From the NCBI RefSeq assembly GCF_006345805.1, contig NC_043002.1:4278001-4342000 (forward strand): a stretch of DNA of 64,000 nucleotides, read 5' to 3'. Source of the DNA: Octopus sinensis. Taxonomy: Eukaryota. Below the pieces are notes generated by a model that had not been told where the DNA came from, did not search any database, and saw nothing but the letters and a program-made list of their open reading frames with translations. Positions 51,777 through 64,000 of the stretch are shown piece after piece (the stretch's first letter is position 1; each line of letters opens with the position of its first letter). The position numbers were made by a program, and so were the translations under genes.

Positions 51777-52176
51777 TGGCGGTAGCATCGCTCCAAACAA
51801 TCAGTGTCGCGGTGTTTTTAAGAAAAAACAGAAATGCAAATAGCGATGAAAGGTGAAAAAGTTCAAAGATTTCTTCTCAAGACGCAGGCAAAAAAATGAG
51901 TCGCAAATGGTTTTTGAGATTGTAATACATCGGGAAGTGCATGAAGCCATAAAGCAAATCGCGAAGAAGAAGAAACATGTGAACTGAGACATAGAGTGGC
52001 AAAAAGTCGCAGAAAATTGGTGTTAATACTATTATCACAGTATTTGAGACAGAATCTAGATGGAATAGCTAGAACCTGGGTCGAAAAAGTATCAATGAAA
52101 GGATTAGTTCTTCAGGTCAAAAGCAAATTTCAAGCGAAAATAGAATAAAAATAAAAGAAGCAGACCAGCCACCGGA

Positions 52177-52249
52177 TGCCGAAACCCGGGATTGAACCAG
52201 GGACCTTTAGATCTTCAGTCTAACGCTCTCCCAACTGAGCTATTTCGGC
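52177..52249 (-). tRNA. trnF-GAA: tRNA-Phe (GAA), intact
   Basis: Identical 73-nt sequence; T-runs downstream. Confidence 0.98.
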
Positions 52250-52505
52250 TGGTGACTGCATTTATCTAAACTTTCTATGTCAATCGTATTGTGTCTCACA
52301 GTACATTCTTGCCAAAGACGTTTTGCTGTAGATAATGGCTTTTAACATCAGGCGACAAGCTGAGAGTACTTTAATCAATTATATCAAACACAGCACAACA
52401 GATTTCATTGACCCCCAGTAGCCGGGGTTACCGATGAAATCAGAATGTAAGTACTGCAAAGAATTTAAAGTGACTCTCTATGAATTCATGTGTGCGCCTT
52501 TTTAC

Positions 52506-52595
<90 letters not shown>

Positions 52596-52805
52596 TAGAA
52601 AGAAAGAGAGAGCGTTTGAGTGAGAAGAAGCGGAAAAGAATTGTTGCTCTGAGTTTTCCGTTCCTGACTTTCGATCAAAACTATATGGACGCATGTTTTC
52701 CTGTTTTTTATTTTTCGCATAAATCACCAGTGGGGGAAAATACCATTTTCTAGTCACGAGGCGCTTTGTTGGAATTTACACGTATCCATAGCATAGTCTT
52801 ACATG

Positions 52806-52920
52806 TACGAGGTAGTGCTGAAAAGTTCTTGGCTTGAGGTAAAAGAAAAACACAGAGGATCAGTTAATTATGATTTTATTCAACATATTCCCCTCTCATA
52901 CTCACACCTTACTGCAGCAG
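52806..52920 (-). mobile_element. mariner 3' terminus fragment
   Basis: TA-CGAGGTAGTGCTGAAAAGTTC TIR-like end; reverse strand reads EGNMLN/GEYVE*-type terminus GAGGGGAATATGTTGAATAA. Confidence 0.55.
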
Positions 52921-53118
52921 TCCCTTCTTTCGTTTCCTACTACCAAATCCATTCACAAGGGCTTTAGTCAGCCCAATTTATAGCAAAAGGGATTAAAAAA
53001 GTGGTTTGTGTTTCAAGAAGAAAAAATGTAAATGGTGAATGAGAAATGAACAAATCCCTCAGGAGATATAAGAAAGGCTTGTAGTGATATAAAGGCATGC
53101 ACTAGGTGAAAGGTATTG

Positions 53119-53270
53119 TCAGTTTGACTTTGCCTTTCATCCTTTCGGGGTCCATTAAATAAGTACCAGTTACGCCCTGGGGTCGATATAATCGACTTAA
53201 TCAGTGTGTCTGTCCTTGTTTGTCCTCTCGGTTTGGCCCCTTGTGGGTAGGGTAGTAAAGAAATAGGTAT
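53119..53270 (+). mobile_element. SINE family B, headless
   Basis: Centre and tail align to 6731-6968. Confidence 0.75.
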
Positions 53271-53680
53271 TGTCAGGAATCCGTTGAGACTGTAATGAAA
53301 GTCTTGAAAAAGAAACGTGAAGTTTAGACAAAAATTGGTAGGGAGTCGCTGAAAAATTGATGCAATATGATACATTTTTATTAATATTTAGCAGAAGCAG
53401 TAGTAGAGTGGGCCCAACGGCCGAGAGTCATCATGCGTTGGCACTTGCGGGAGCCCTAATACAAATATACATACACTCGTATTTTGGATTCTATTTTCTT
53501 GTTTGCATCACCAAACTTGTAATATATTATAAATCGAGTGGAATGAAGGTGGGTGGAATCCGGGATGAAAGGAATGGAAAAAAAACCAGTGAAAGGAACT
53601 GTTGGTGAGACCTAGACTAAAACTTGAATGTGAAGAGCGAAAGATAAAAAAAAAAAAAAGGAAGCAGACCAGCCACCGGA

Positions 53681-53753
53681 TGCCGAAACCCGGGATTGAA
53701 CCAGGGACCTTTAGATCTTCAGTCTAACGCTCTCCCAACTGAGCTATTTCGGC
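53681..53753 (-). tRNA. trnF-GAA: tRNA-Phe (GAA), intact
   Basis: Identical 73-nt sequence; long T-run terminator downstream. Confidence 0.98.
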
Positions 53754-54246
53754 TGGTAATAGCATTTGTCTAAACTTTCCATGTCAATTGTATTGTATAC
53801 CAAACCGCATTCCTGTTACAGACAGGGAAGAGCAAATAGAAACGAGAACTCAGCGATGGCTTATAGAAGAAACCAAAACTTCAGAAATCGCCAACCCGAG
53901 TTTTCCACCCGTCACCTTCGCTTAGCAATATATGTATCATAACGGGGGTTTATGTGTGTATGGGTGTATATATGTATGCATATATATGTGTATATATATG
54001 TGTATATATATGTGTACATATTACATGTACATCTATATATATATACGTCTAGACATACATGTATTTCTATAGAAATACATCTCTACATATACAGCTATAC
54101 ATATGCATGTATACATATACACCTGTATATATACATGTATATCTATTATCTATATATATATATATATAATATATATATATACATCTATATATATATATAT
54201 ATATAATATATATATATAATATAATATATGATACAATATATATAGA

Positions 54247-57200
54247 TATTATTATTAATCCAAAGGGGCACAGGAACTGGAACAATGGAAGATAGGACAG
54301 GACAGGTGAGCAGGAGGGCTATATGACGTTCGAGCGGAGCTCTTCGTCGGAAACATAATAAAGAAGGAAGAGAGAGAGAAAGAAAGATCCCAAAGCCGGG
54401 CAACAGGGATAGAGAAAAAAAAACGACTGGGGTTTACGGGTTACCTGGCATGGTTGAATGCGGAAAGCGAATTTACGAAACAAGAGCAAAGTAGGTTTTT
54501 AAAGGCACAAAGAGTGGAGACAAGGTTTGTAACGCAACAGATGTGTGTGTATGTGTGAGTGTGTGCGTGTGTGTATGTGTGTGTGTGAGGCGAGATAAAA
54601 AAACAAAAAATATATGTATGTGTTAGTGTGTGCGTCTGTGTGTAGGCGTGTGTGAGGTAGGGCGAGACAGTGGTAGGCATAGCAGACACTGGTCAGTAGT
54701 AAGAAAAAGAAGAAGGAGGAAGGGGGAGGGGAAGGGGTGGGGGAAGGGGTGGGGTACGTATGTAGCGTGCCAGCGTGTGTTGAGTAGAGTGTGTGTGTGT
54801 GTCCAGTGTAGTTGGTAGTATAATGGCGAGTAGATTGAATGTTGTGTAAGAGTAATGTATATATTAAGCAATGTGGTGTATATGTTGCGCGTGTGTGTAA
54901 CAAAAAGGGGGGGGGGTGGGGTGGTTGGGGGGGGTGTTAAGAAAAAGGAACTCCAGCTGAGGGGAAGATGGAGAGTGGTCCCGCGGAGACGGGCGTGGGA
55001 AAACCCAACGACAAGCGACGGTCCCAGGAACGAGCAGGAGGTCTCGTCGGGTCCAAGAGCGAGGTGCATGCAGCGCGTATGCGTGCGCGAACCGGCGCAA
55101 GACGCGTGTGTGCGCGCGCCTGCGAGTATGCGCGTAAGTAAGTGTGTATGTGTGTGGATGTGTGAGTGGTGTCTGTGTGTATGTCTGGGTGTCAGTGTGT
55201 CCGATGAAATAAATGTATGTGAGTATGTGTGTATATATGTGTGTGCATAGATTGTATGTGGTGTGTGTGTGTGTGTATGTGTATGAGTGTGTATGTATGT
55301 ACGTGTAGGTGTGTGGAAGTGTGTGTATGTGCATGTGTGGCGCCGTACATACAGGTGTTTGTGAGTGAGTGTGTGTGTGTGTATGTATGTGTGAGTGTGT
55401 ATGTATGTGTGTGTAGGATGCATGTATGTGTATGGGTGTATGTATGTGTGTGTGTATGTATGTATGTGTAGTGCGTTTTGTGTGTGTGTATGCGTGTAGG
55501 TGTGCGCGTGTGCATGCATGCATGCATGTGCGTATGTGTGTGTGTGCATGTGTGTGGGTATATATGTATGTGCGTATATGTGTGTGTGTATGTGCGTACA
55601 TGTGGTGTTATGCATGTGTGTCTATGTAGGTGTGTAGGCGTTGTGTGTATAGGTGTATGTATGTAAGTATGTATGGGTGTGTCCGTTGTATGTGTGTGTA
55701 TGTATGTGTGTGTATGTAGGTGTGTGGGCGTGTTGTATATGTGTGTGTATGTAGGTGTGTGGGCGTGTGTATATAGGTGTATGTATGTATGTCTGGGTGT
55801 GTCCGTTGCATGTTTGTGTGTGTGGTGTGTGTGTGTATGCATGTGTATGTAGGTGTGTGTGTAGGTGTAATGTAGTGGTATGCGTGGTGGTGTGCGTGTG
55901 TATGCGTGCGTGTGTGTATGTAGGTGCGTGTGGTATGTGTGTGGGAGTGTAGGTGTGTGTATGCGTGTGCGTGTTTATGTTGGTGTGTGCGTATGTGAGT
56001 GTGAGTGTATGGGTGTTTGTCATGCATGTGTGTGCGCGTGCAGGTGAGTGTGTGTGTAAGTAAATGTGTGTGTGTATGTTTGTGTGAGTGTGTATGCGTG
56101 TGTATGTATGTGCGTATAGGAGTATGTAGGTATGTGTGTGGGTATGTGTATGGGGTTGTATGTATGTGTGTTGTGTGCATGTGTATAAGTATATGTGTGT
56201 GTGCGTATGTGTGTGTATGTGTATGTGTGTGTGTTTAGTATGTGTGTATGCATGTGTGTAGGCGTGGTGTGTGTAAATGTATGTATGTATGGGTGTGTGT
56301 TCTGGTTGTGTTTGTTGTGTGTGTAGGTAGTGGTGTTGTCTGAGTGAGGGTATGGCTGGGTAGGTGTGTGTGTGTATGAATGTAAGTGTGTGTGTACAAG
56401 TGTAATGTATGTATGTAGGTGTGTGTGTGTGGTGTTGTGTACGTGTGCGTATGTGTGTATGTGTGTGTGTAGCGTGTGAGTGTGAGTGGAGTGTATGGGG
56501 TGTATGTCTGTGTGTGTGTATGTCTGAAGTAGGTATGTGTGTGTATGTATGTATGTGTGTGTGTGTGCGGGTATGTGTGTGTGTGTGTATGTGTGTGTGT
56601 GAGTAGGTGTGCGTGTATGTATGTGGGTAGGGATGCATGCGAGTGTGTGGGTATGTATGCATACATACGCACGCGCACATCCGAAGCAAGCCCACACACA
56701 CGAAGCGCGCTCACGCACACAACGCGCAAGCAGTACAACGCAAGCCCAAGGGGCCGACCAAGCCCCCAGCGCGCGCTAAGGCGCGCGAGCGCAAAGGCGC
56801 GCGAGCGCAAAGGCCCTCGAACGCCCCGCTACGCGGGAACCGAGGCTCCATCAGCCCAAACGGAGGGAAAGCAGAAAAGAGGGGGGGGGGTCTGCCTGGA
56901 TGCAAAAAGGGTATGTGTGTGTGTGCATTCAGTGTAAGGGTGTGCATGTGTGGGTATGTATGTATGTGTGTGCCTACATGTATGTGTGCATGTTGTGTGT
57001 GTGAAGTATGTACGTGCGGTGTGTGTGGTGTGAGTGTGTGAGTATGTATGTGCGTATGTATGTGTGTATGTATGTGTGTATGTATGTGTGTGTGTGTGTG
57101 TGAAGTATGTATGTGTGTGTGTATGTAGGTATGTGTGTGTGTATGTGCATGTTGGTTTGTATGTTAGTGTGTGCATGTATGTCTATAAGTGTGTGTGATT

Positions 57201-58004
57201 AAATGTGTGAATGTATGTACGTAGATGGGTCTACGTATGTGTGTGTGTGAACAGGCGTGTGGGAGGTAGGTGGGTGGGTGTGTGTGGGTGGTGTATCCAG
57301 GGAAAAAAAAAAGGGGATCTCAAGAGGAGGGGGCTGTGTTAAGTCCGTGTGGGGTGGAGTTGTAGGGTGAAGATGTAGCGTTGCTCCAAGTGGAGCCTGG
57401 AAAGTGGGCGACCATTGTGGGGGGACGAGACCAAACACTGAGATGTCATCTAGGGAATGGCCGGCCGAGCGGAAGTGGCGTGCGACGGGAGAAAAAGAGT
57501 GTAGGCGAACGTCCCTCAAGTGTTCAGTGAAACGGTCGGACAACCGGCGTCCCGTCTGTCCTACATACAGCATCCCGCATAGGTTGCATTTACTGCAGTA
57601 AATAAGGCCAGACGAGGGCACGTAAAAGAGTGCCTAATGCGTACAGTATGCTGGTTGGAGCCGGTGACAGCGGTGGTGTGGTGGAGGTGATGAGGGGCAA
57701 GTGTTGCAGCGGGATCTAGAGCAAGGGAATGATCCGTGTGGGGCTGAGGGGGAAGGAGAGAGGGTGCTGTGGACCAGGAGGTCACGCAGATTGCGGGCTC
57801 GTTTGAAAGAGGGACAGGGTGGGTTAGGGAAAATGGGGCGGGTGGTGGGATCAAGCTGGAGGCGACGGAAGGCACGTAGTATCTTGCGACGAAGGGGTAG
57901 GGTTAGAGGGGTGGAAAAGGAGGGGGAGGGGTGCGGTTGGGGGGTGGGCGGGGGGAAGGAGACAGGGCGGTAGTGCGGTCGATGCGACGGGCGCGGGTGA
58001 GGGC
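54247..58004 (-). mobile_element. Penelope-like element: linker and GIY-YIG (58004 to about 57335), long CA-rich stretch, terminal hammerhead-like motif and short (TAA)n
   Basis: FKRARNLRDLLVHS, FPCSRSRCNTC, LIYCSKCNLCGMLYVGQTGRRLSDRFTEHL..PVARHF..GHS..D, LEQRYIF..GLN. Continuity of the two ends across the microsatellite is inferred. Confidence 0.75.
54324..54350 (-). ncRNA. degenerate minimal hammerhead-like motif
   Basis: CCGACGA-A-GAGC-TCC-GCTC-GAAC-GTC: stem II intact, U4C, one A of GAAA missing, stem I poor. Confidence 0.45.
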
Positions 58005-58052
58005 ATATATATATATATCCATATATATATATACTGTATCTATATATATATC

Positions 58053-58104
<52 letters not shown>

Positions 58105-58485
58105 ATCTGTATATATATACGTTTAGTATCTATATATATATATATATATATAGATATAGATATATATTTATTGTACATCTATATATATATATTATATATA
58201 TATATATATGTATATATGTATATATATATATATATATTTTATTATCTATATTTATTATATATAATATATTTATTAGTATTTTATAACAGAGTTTCTAAAT
58301 TGCTAAACGTTTTATTATTTGATTTTTCGAATATTTCAGAGATGAAACTTACAATCAGATTAAACACTTAGCGGTATGAGTTTTGGCTGCTCTTTTAGTG
58401 AGTCGAATGTCCTATATGGCCATTCCTTATATGAATGTTGAATGTATATATATCTGTATATATATATATATATATGTATATATAT

Positions 58486-58544
<59 letters not shown>

Positions 58545-58548
<4 letters not shown>

Positions 58549-58700
58549 TATTGCCCACCGGACGCTCCAAATCACATAGGCAAGTTTGAAGATTGCCTCA
58601 CAAGAATGAAAGAAATCTCATAAATCTGGAACACCACGTGACCATATTTCTTATGGGTGATTTCAACTTCCCCAACGTCAAATAGCCCGAAGGTCTCATA
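58545..58700 (+). mobile_element. APE endonuclease relic of a CR1/L2-group LINE
   Basis: IYCPP..FEDCL and, after a frameshift, IFLMGDFNFPNV. Confidence 0.6.
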
Positions 58701-59205
58701 CTCTCAGGAATGAATCATTGCAAGCAAGTACAGGTGGAGTCCAAGTTATATCTTGATATAGCTAGTGACAACAATACTCAAAATATATAACAGACTGGAA
58801 TTGTAGGCCCGTCTCTTGCAATTTCGATCAATTGGATCTTGTCTTCCCATTTGTATAGAAGTGTACGGCTGCAGTGAAATTCATTTTTGGACTTTCTTCT
58901 ATCGAAGGCATTTTAACAAAAATGCTTCCGTAAAGACGGTGAAAATATTGTCAATTTCCCCAAACAGGGACACAATTCAATTTTTAAACAATAACCAAAG
59001 CCCCTTCTCCGAAAGGGGAAGGGTTACGGTTTACAATTATTTAACAAATGCAATACAACAACGTTTCCCTGATGAGGAACTAACAAATGTGATTACAATA
59101 GTCAAACAGTAATAATAATAACAACAAACCTTTTTAATTTATCCCATTTATGCGAAACCACTTTTTCAAGTTCAAGTCATTGATGCAATTTTATACGAAT
59201 TGCTA

Positions 59206-59286
<81 letters not shown>

Positions 59287-59539
59287 TAATAAGGGTGAGA
59301 AATTGAATATTAATTTGATTAATATGAATTGAAAACCAGTGGTGTAGCATATAAGACCATAGCGGATCTTCTTCTAGCAAAATGGATGTCCACTGTTAAT
59401 GATTCATCCCTGTTATATAATACTTTCACTTTAATACTATCAGTATTAAAGTGAATGTCTGCATTACAATAGAGAGATGTTTTTGTTTCACTTTTAACAT
59501 GTAATACTGAAATAGTGGAGAAGATATGATATTGCTGTA

Positions 59540-59684
59540 GGGTCGCCCTAGGGAAAAAGTTAAAATGTGTAAAAAAAGTAAGGCATGTGTAAAATTTGAA
59601 TGAAATTGGTTGTGTAGTTCTCAAGTTTTAGAGAAACACACAGATAGACAAACAGACACACATTCTTAGTTTTATATATATAGA
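59540..59684 (-). mobile_element. possible non-autonomous Helitron-like 5' part
   Basis: Begins TCTATATATATAAAA then TGTGTCTGTTTGTCT..CCAATTTCATTCAAATTT, an architecture typical of small animal Helitrons; 3' hairpin and CTAG not recognisable. Confidence 0.4.
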
Positions 59685-59699
59685 GGTGTATATATGAGT

Positions 59700-59897
59700 G
59701 TTTGTGTGTCTGCGTTTGTCCCCCACCATCGCTTGACAACCGATGGTGATGTGCCAACGTCCCTGTAACTTAGCGGTTCGGTAAAATTGACCGATAGAAT
59801 AAGTACTAGTCTTACAAAGACTGGGGTCGATTTGTTCGACTACAGACGGTGCTCCAGCATGGCCGCAGTGAAATGACTGAAACAAATAAAAGAATAA
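59700..59897 (+). mobile_element. SINE family A, 3' half
   Basis: Aligns to about 1770-1970. Confidence 0.8.
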
Positions 59898-60257
59898 ATG
59901 AATATATATACGCATACATCAATGTATACATATGCATATATAGGTATATACACACACACATATATATATGATATGGTAAGCGCTGACCCAGAAACTTTGT
60001 ACACACATACATACATGCATACGTACACACATACATACATGCATACATACATACATACATACATACATACATACATACATACATACATACACACATGTAT
60101 GTATTTATGTGTGTGTGTGTGTGTGTGCGCGCCCGCATTTGTAAATGCCTTTCAGTGCGTAAATCAAGGTACACAGATAACACACACACACACACACACG
60201 CAAACGCACGCGCACACACACACACGTATATGCATACATGTATATACACACACGTAT

Positions 60258-60288
<31 letters not shown>

Positions 60289-60532
60289 TATAAGTGTTAG
60301 TGTATATGTGAAGTGGTTCACGTCACGCACCAGTGACAATTCAATAACCTGTTACCGAAGACGTCAATACAGTATTTGGGGACGGTATATAAGCAGGTGT
60401 TTACACAGGTAAACATTGGTAATGATAATCGAACAGACCGACCATCTCATCGTTTTTCACACGATCTGCCGTTGGATGCCTTGGATAAATACAGTTTGTT
60501 CCGCTCCGATTGGTCTCAAGTATACATATGTT

Positions 60533-61200
<668 letters not shown>

Positions 61201-61816
61201 CTATATTATAATTCTGAAATGCGAAAAGTTTGTTGTCTGGTTTTGGTATTGGAACGGGTTAAAGGGCACTAGATCCTGTAGGATTAACTCCAAAATTTAC
61301 AGGGACATGTAAAATGAGGTGAGGATGCGAGTGGGCTAGGTTAGAAATCCCCATCTTAAAAGGTGTCATTGCTAGGACCAAAAACGCACTTTGACAAGTC
61401 TACTCTCATTCTTTTATGTATCTGTCTTCCTCCATCACTCACTTTCTTTCCTCCCTTCCTTTCACATTTTATCTATAACGTCGTTTCACAGCGTCTACCT
61501 CCCTTCCCATCACTTTTTCTTTATAACGTCGTTTCACAGCGTCCTATATCTCCCTCCTCCCCGCCTTCGAAAGCGCTTTCACACTCTCTCTACGTCTGTC
61601 TGCATTCATAGAGAGAATTATCATCGCCACCACCACAACTCAATCATGAGAACAAATATTATGAATAAGATATTTATTGGTTAATTTATATGTGTGTGTT
61701 CTATATATAAATATGTATATATAATGTATATTACAAAGTGTATATATCTGTATTTATATATATATATATATATATATATAATAATATATATATATCATAT
61801 ATATATATATATTATA

Positions 61817-61868
<52 letters not shown>

Positions 61869-61984
61869 GTATACATTTATATATATACCACACTATTACC
61901 CGCGCGTAGAGCGGGTCCATCATCATAAGCTAGCATATATATATAAGTATAACACACACACACAACACACACACACACACACAC

Positions 61985-62030
<46 letters not shown>

Positions 62031-62378
62031 CATATATGCATATATATATGTGTGCATGGGTGTGTATGTATATATTTATGTATGTCTGTATATATATGAC
62101 AGAAAACAAGCCCGTGCCTATAACATCTTTCAGATTTACGTACGATCGTCAAGATCATCACCATGATGATGATGGTAACGGTGATGATGATGATGATGAT
62201 GATGATGAGATGATGATGATGATCTTGATCATCATCACTCATCGTCATCATCATTATCACCATCATCATCATCATCATCGTTATCATCGTAATATTAGAT
62301 ATCATTGTCGTTGTCATCATCGTCGTCACCGTCACCACTGTTTCTATAGTCACCACCTTCTTCAGCATCATCATCAGT

Positions 62379-62762
62379 GGAGGCGCAATGACCCAATGGT
62401 TAGGGCAGCGGACACGCAGTCGGAGGATCGCTGTTTCGATTCCCAGACCGGGCGTTGTCTATTGAGCGAAAACACCTAAAGCTCCACGAGGCTCCGGCAG
62501 GAGGTGGGGGTGGCGATCCCTGTTGTACTCTTTCGCTCCAACTTTCTCTCACTCTTTCTTCCTGTTTCCTGTTTCTTGTCCCCGACTTCCTACGCAACCG
62601 GTGAGCCTGGATGCGCATTCATCCATCCGTCGATGCTCTCGGTGTCGAGGGTTGACCTGCTTTCTCTTCTGCGGGTCTTACGAATAGCAAAGGACCACTT
62701 TTCGGACTTCTCCCACTACAGAGGCGCGATCTTGCGAGCTCTGGGACGAAGACCGTTCGCTC
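62379..62762 (+). mobile_element. SINE family C, tail type ii, full length
   Basis: Aligns to 40747-41120. Confidence 0.9.
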
Positions 62763-63607
62763 AACAGCAACAGCACCACCGGCACGGTCACTGTTGCCAC
62801 TACCCAAACCAAAACTATAACCACCACCACCAGTCAACCTCCAGTCATCCGATGATGTGCATCAGCAGTTTTTTGTCGACCCAATTTCCCTTAGAAGGGC
62901 TTTGGGATGCATCCAAAGCAGTGTTAGTAGAAAACACATGCTGAAATCACGACGCGGTAGGTGCGAACCCGCGATCTCATGATTAGAAATTCAATGATAG
63001 AATCGTTGGAACAGCTGAGAAAATGCCTCTTTGTATCTTGTGGCGTTTCTTTATCGTCTGTGTTTACGCAGGGTTTATGTTCCTTTTCGCATTACTCCCT
63101 TCTGAGATCAATAAAAATAGATATTGCGTACGAAATTATTGACTAAAACCCTTGAAGGAGGTGCTCCAGCATGTCCGGCGTTTGAAACCAGCAAAAGAAA
63201 ATAAAGGGCAAAAAAGAAAGAAAGAAAAAGGAATAGTCATATTATTGTAATATGACACAAAGTTTCGGAAGTAAAGTCACTACCGCAAAAAAAAAAAAAG
63301 AAAAAGAAAAAGAAAATCAATAGCAAAAAAAAAAAAAAGGAAGAAAGTAAAGAGATGGAAAGAAATCATTCCTGGCTCTAAAACAAACAAACAAACGGAC
63401 GCAGAAATTACGAGAATATTTATAAATGGCGGACAGGAAGGAACCGTCACTTTCCCGCTCGCAGAGTATAAGAGGATAATGGTTGGTGTTTGTTTGCTTT
63501 AACTTCCAAATGGCTAGATCACAATCTCTCTCTCTCCCCTATCTCTCTCAGTATATATAATGTGTGTGTCCGTGTGTGTCCGTGCGTATATGTGTGTGTA
63601 TGTCTAT

Positions 63608-63639
<32 letters not shown>

Positions 63640-63857
63640 TAATAATAATGAAATATTCTGCTCAATACCACAGATTGAGTAGTATATATTTTTTAATTAT
63701 GAGCTACAGGAAATATTCTGCTCAATACCACAGATTTGCTTGTCAGTTGTTTGACCGTAACCAGTTGACCATGACGGGTAGTCATGATGAGTATACTGGG
63801 CTTCGTATACTTTACCCCCGGTGTCACTTTGATAGCATGCACTGCTCCTTCACTCAA

Positions 63858-64000
63858 TAATAAATAATAATAATAATAATAATAATAATATAATAATAAT
63901 AATATAATAATAATAATAATGATAATAATAATAATAATAATATAATAATAATAATAATATAATAATAATAATAATAAATAATAATATAATAATAACAACT
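63858..64000. repeat. (TAA)n array
   Basis: Directly visible. Confidence 0.95.

Larger units (their letters stand above)
51048..52381. repeat. inverted duplication with about 325-bp arms, each carrying a tRNA-Phe gene
   Basis: 51048-51371 is the reverse complement of 52056-52381 with scattered mismatches. Confidence 0.9.

Noticed and set aside
59000-59025. 9-bp hairpin with GAAA tetraloop
   Set aside because: Isolated; no terminator, Helitron end or RNA family context
63422-63480. AAATGGCGG (YY1-like, good Kozak) as a gene start; also at 5657
   Set aside because: Frames close within 20 codons, no consensus donor, no supporting promoter features
61474-63736. Short direct repeats (22 bp at 61474/61522; 27 bp at 63650/63710) as CRISPR-like or regulatory arrays
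   Set aside because: Only two units each, eukaryotic context, consistent with local slippage duplication

Overview
Eukaryotic, AT-rich, repeat-saturated DNA. The mix of SINE families, LINEs and huge (TATG)n/(TA)n/(CA)n/triplet tracts looks like an octopus (coleoid cephalopod) intergenic or intronic region; that attribution is pattern recognition, not a database hit. No intact host protein-coding gene can be supported, and almost every ORF in the track is a translated microsatellite or a transposon fragment. Well-supported content: a tRNA-Phe(GAA) cluster (3 intact genes, 1 pseudogene, partly in an inverted duplication), a 5S rRNA-derived relic, three tRNA-headed SINE families, LINE fragments (Tx1/L1, CR1, L2-like, RTE, RTE-X, R4/Dong), two Penelope-like elements with hammerhead-ribozyme motifs, mariner relics, MITE-like inverted repeats and a 324-bp near-perfect palindrome. 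Strongest leads: (1) a Tx1-clade LINE whose two copies with intact 3' ends both sit inside (TATC)n arrays, with a SINE that shares its 3' terminus; (2) a hammerhead - palindrome - hammerhead arrangement downstream of a Penelope GIY-YIG relic; (3) modular SINE tails matching LINE ends in the same window; (4) leader/trailer pairing in the tRNA-Phe genes.
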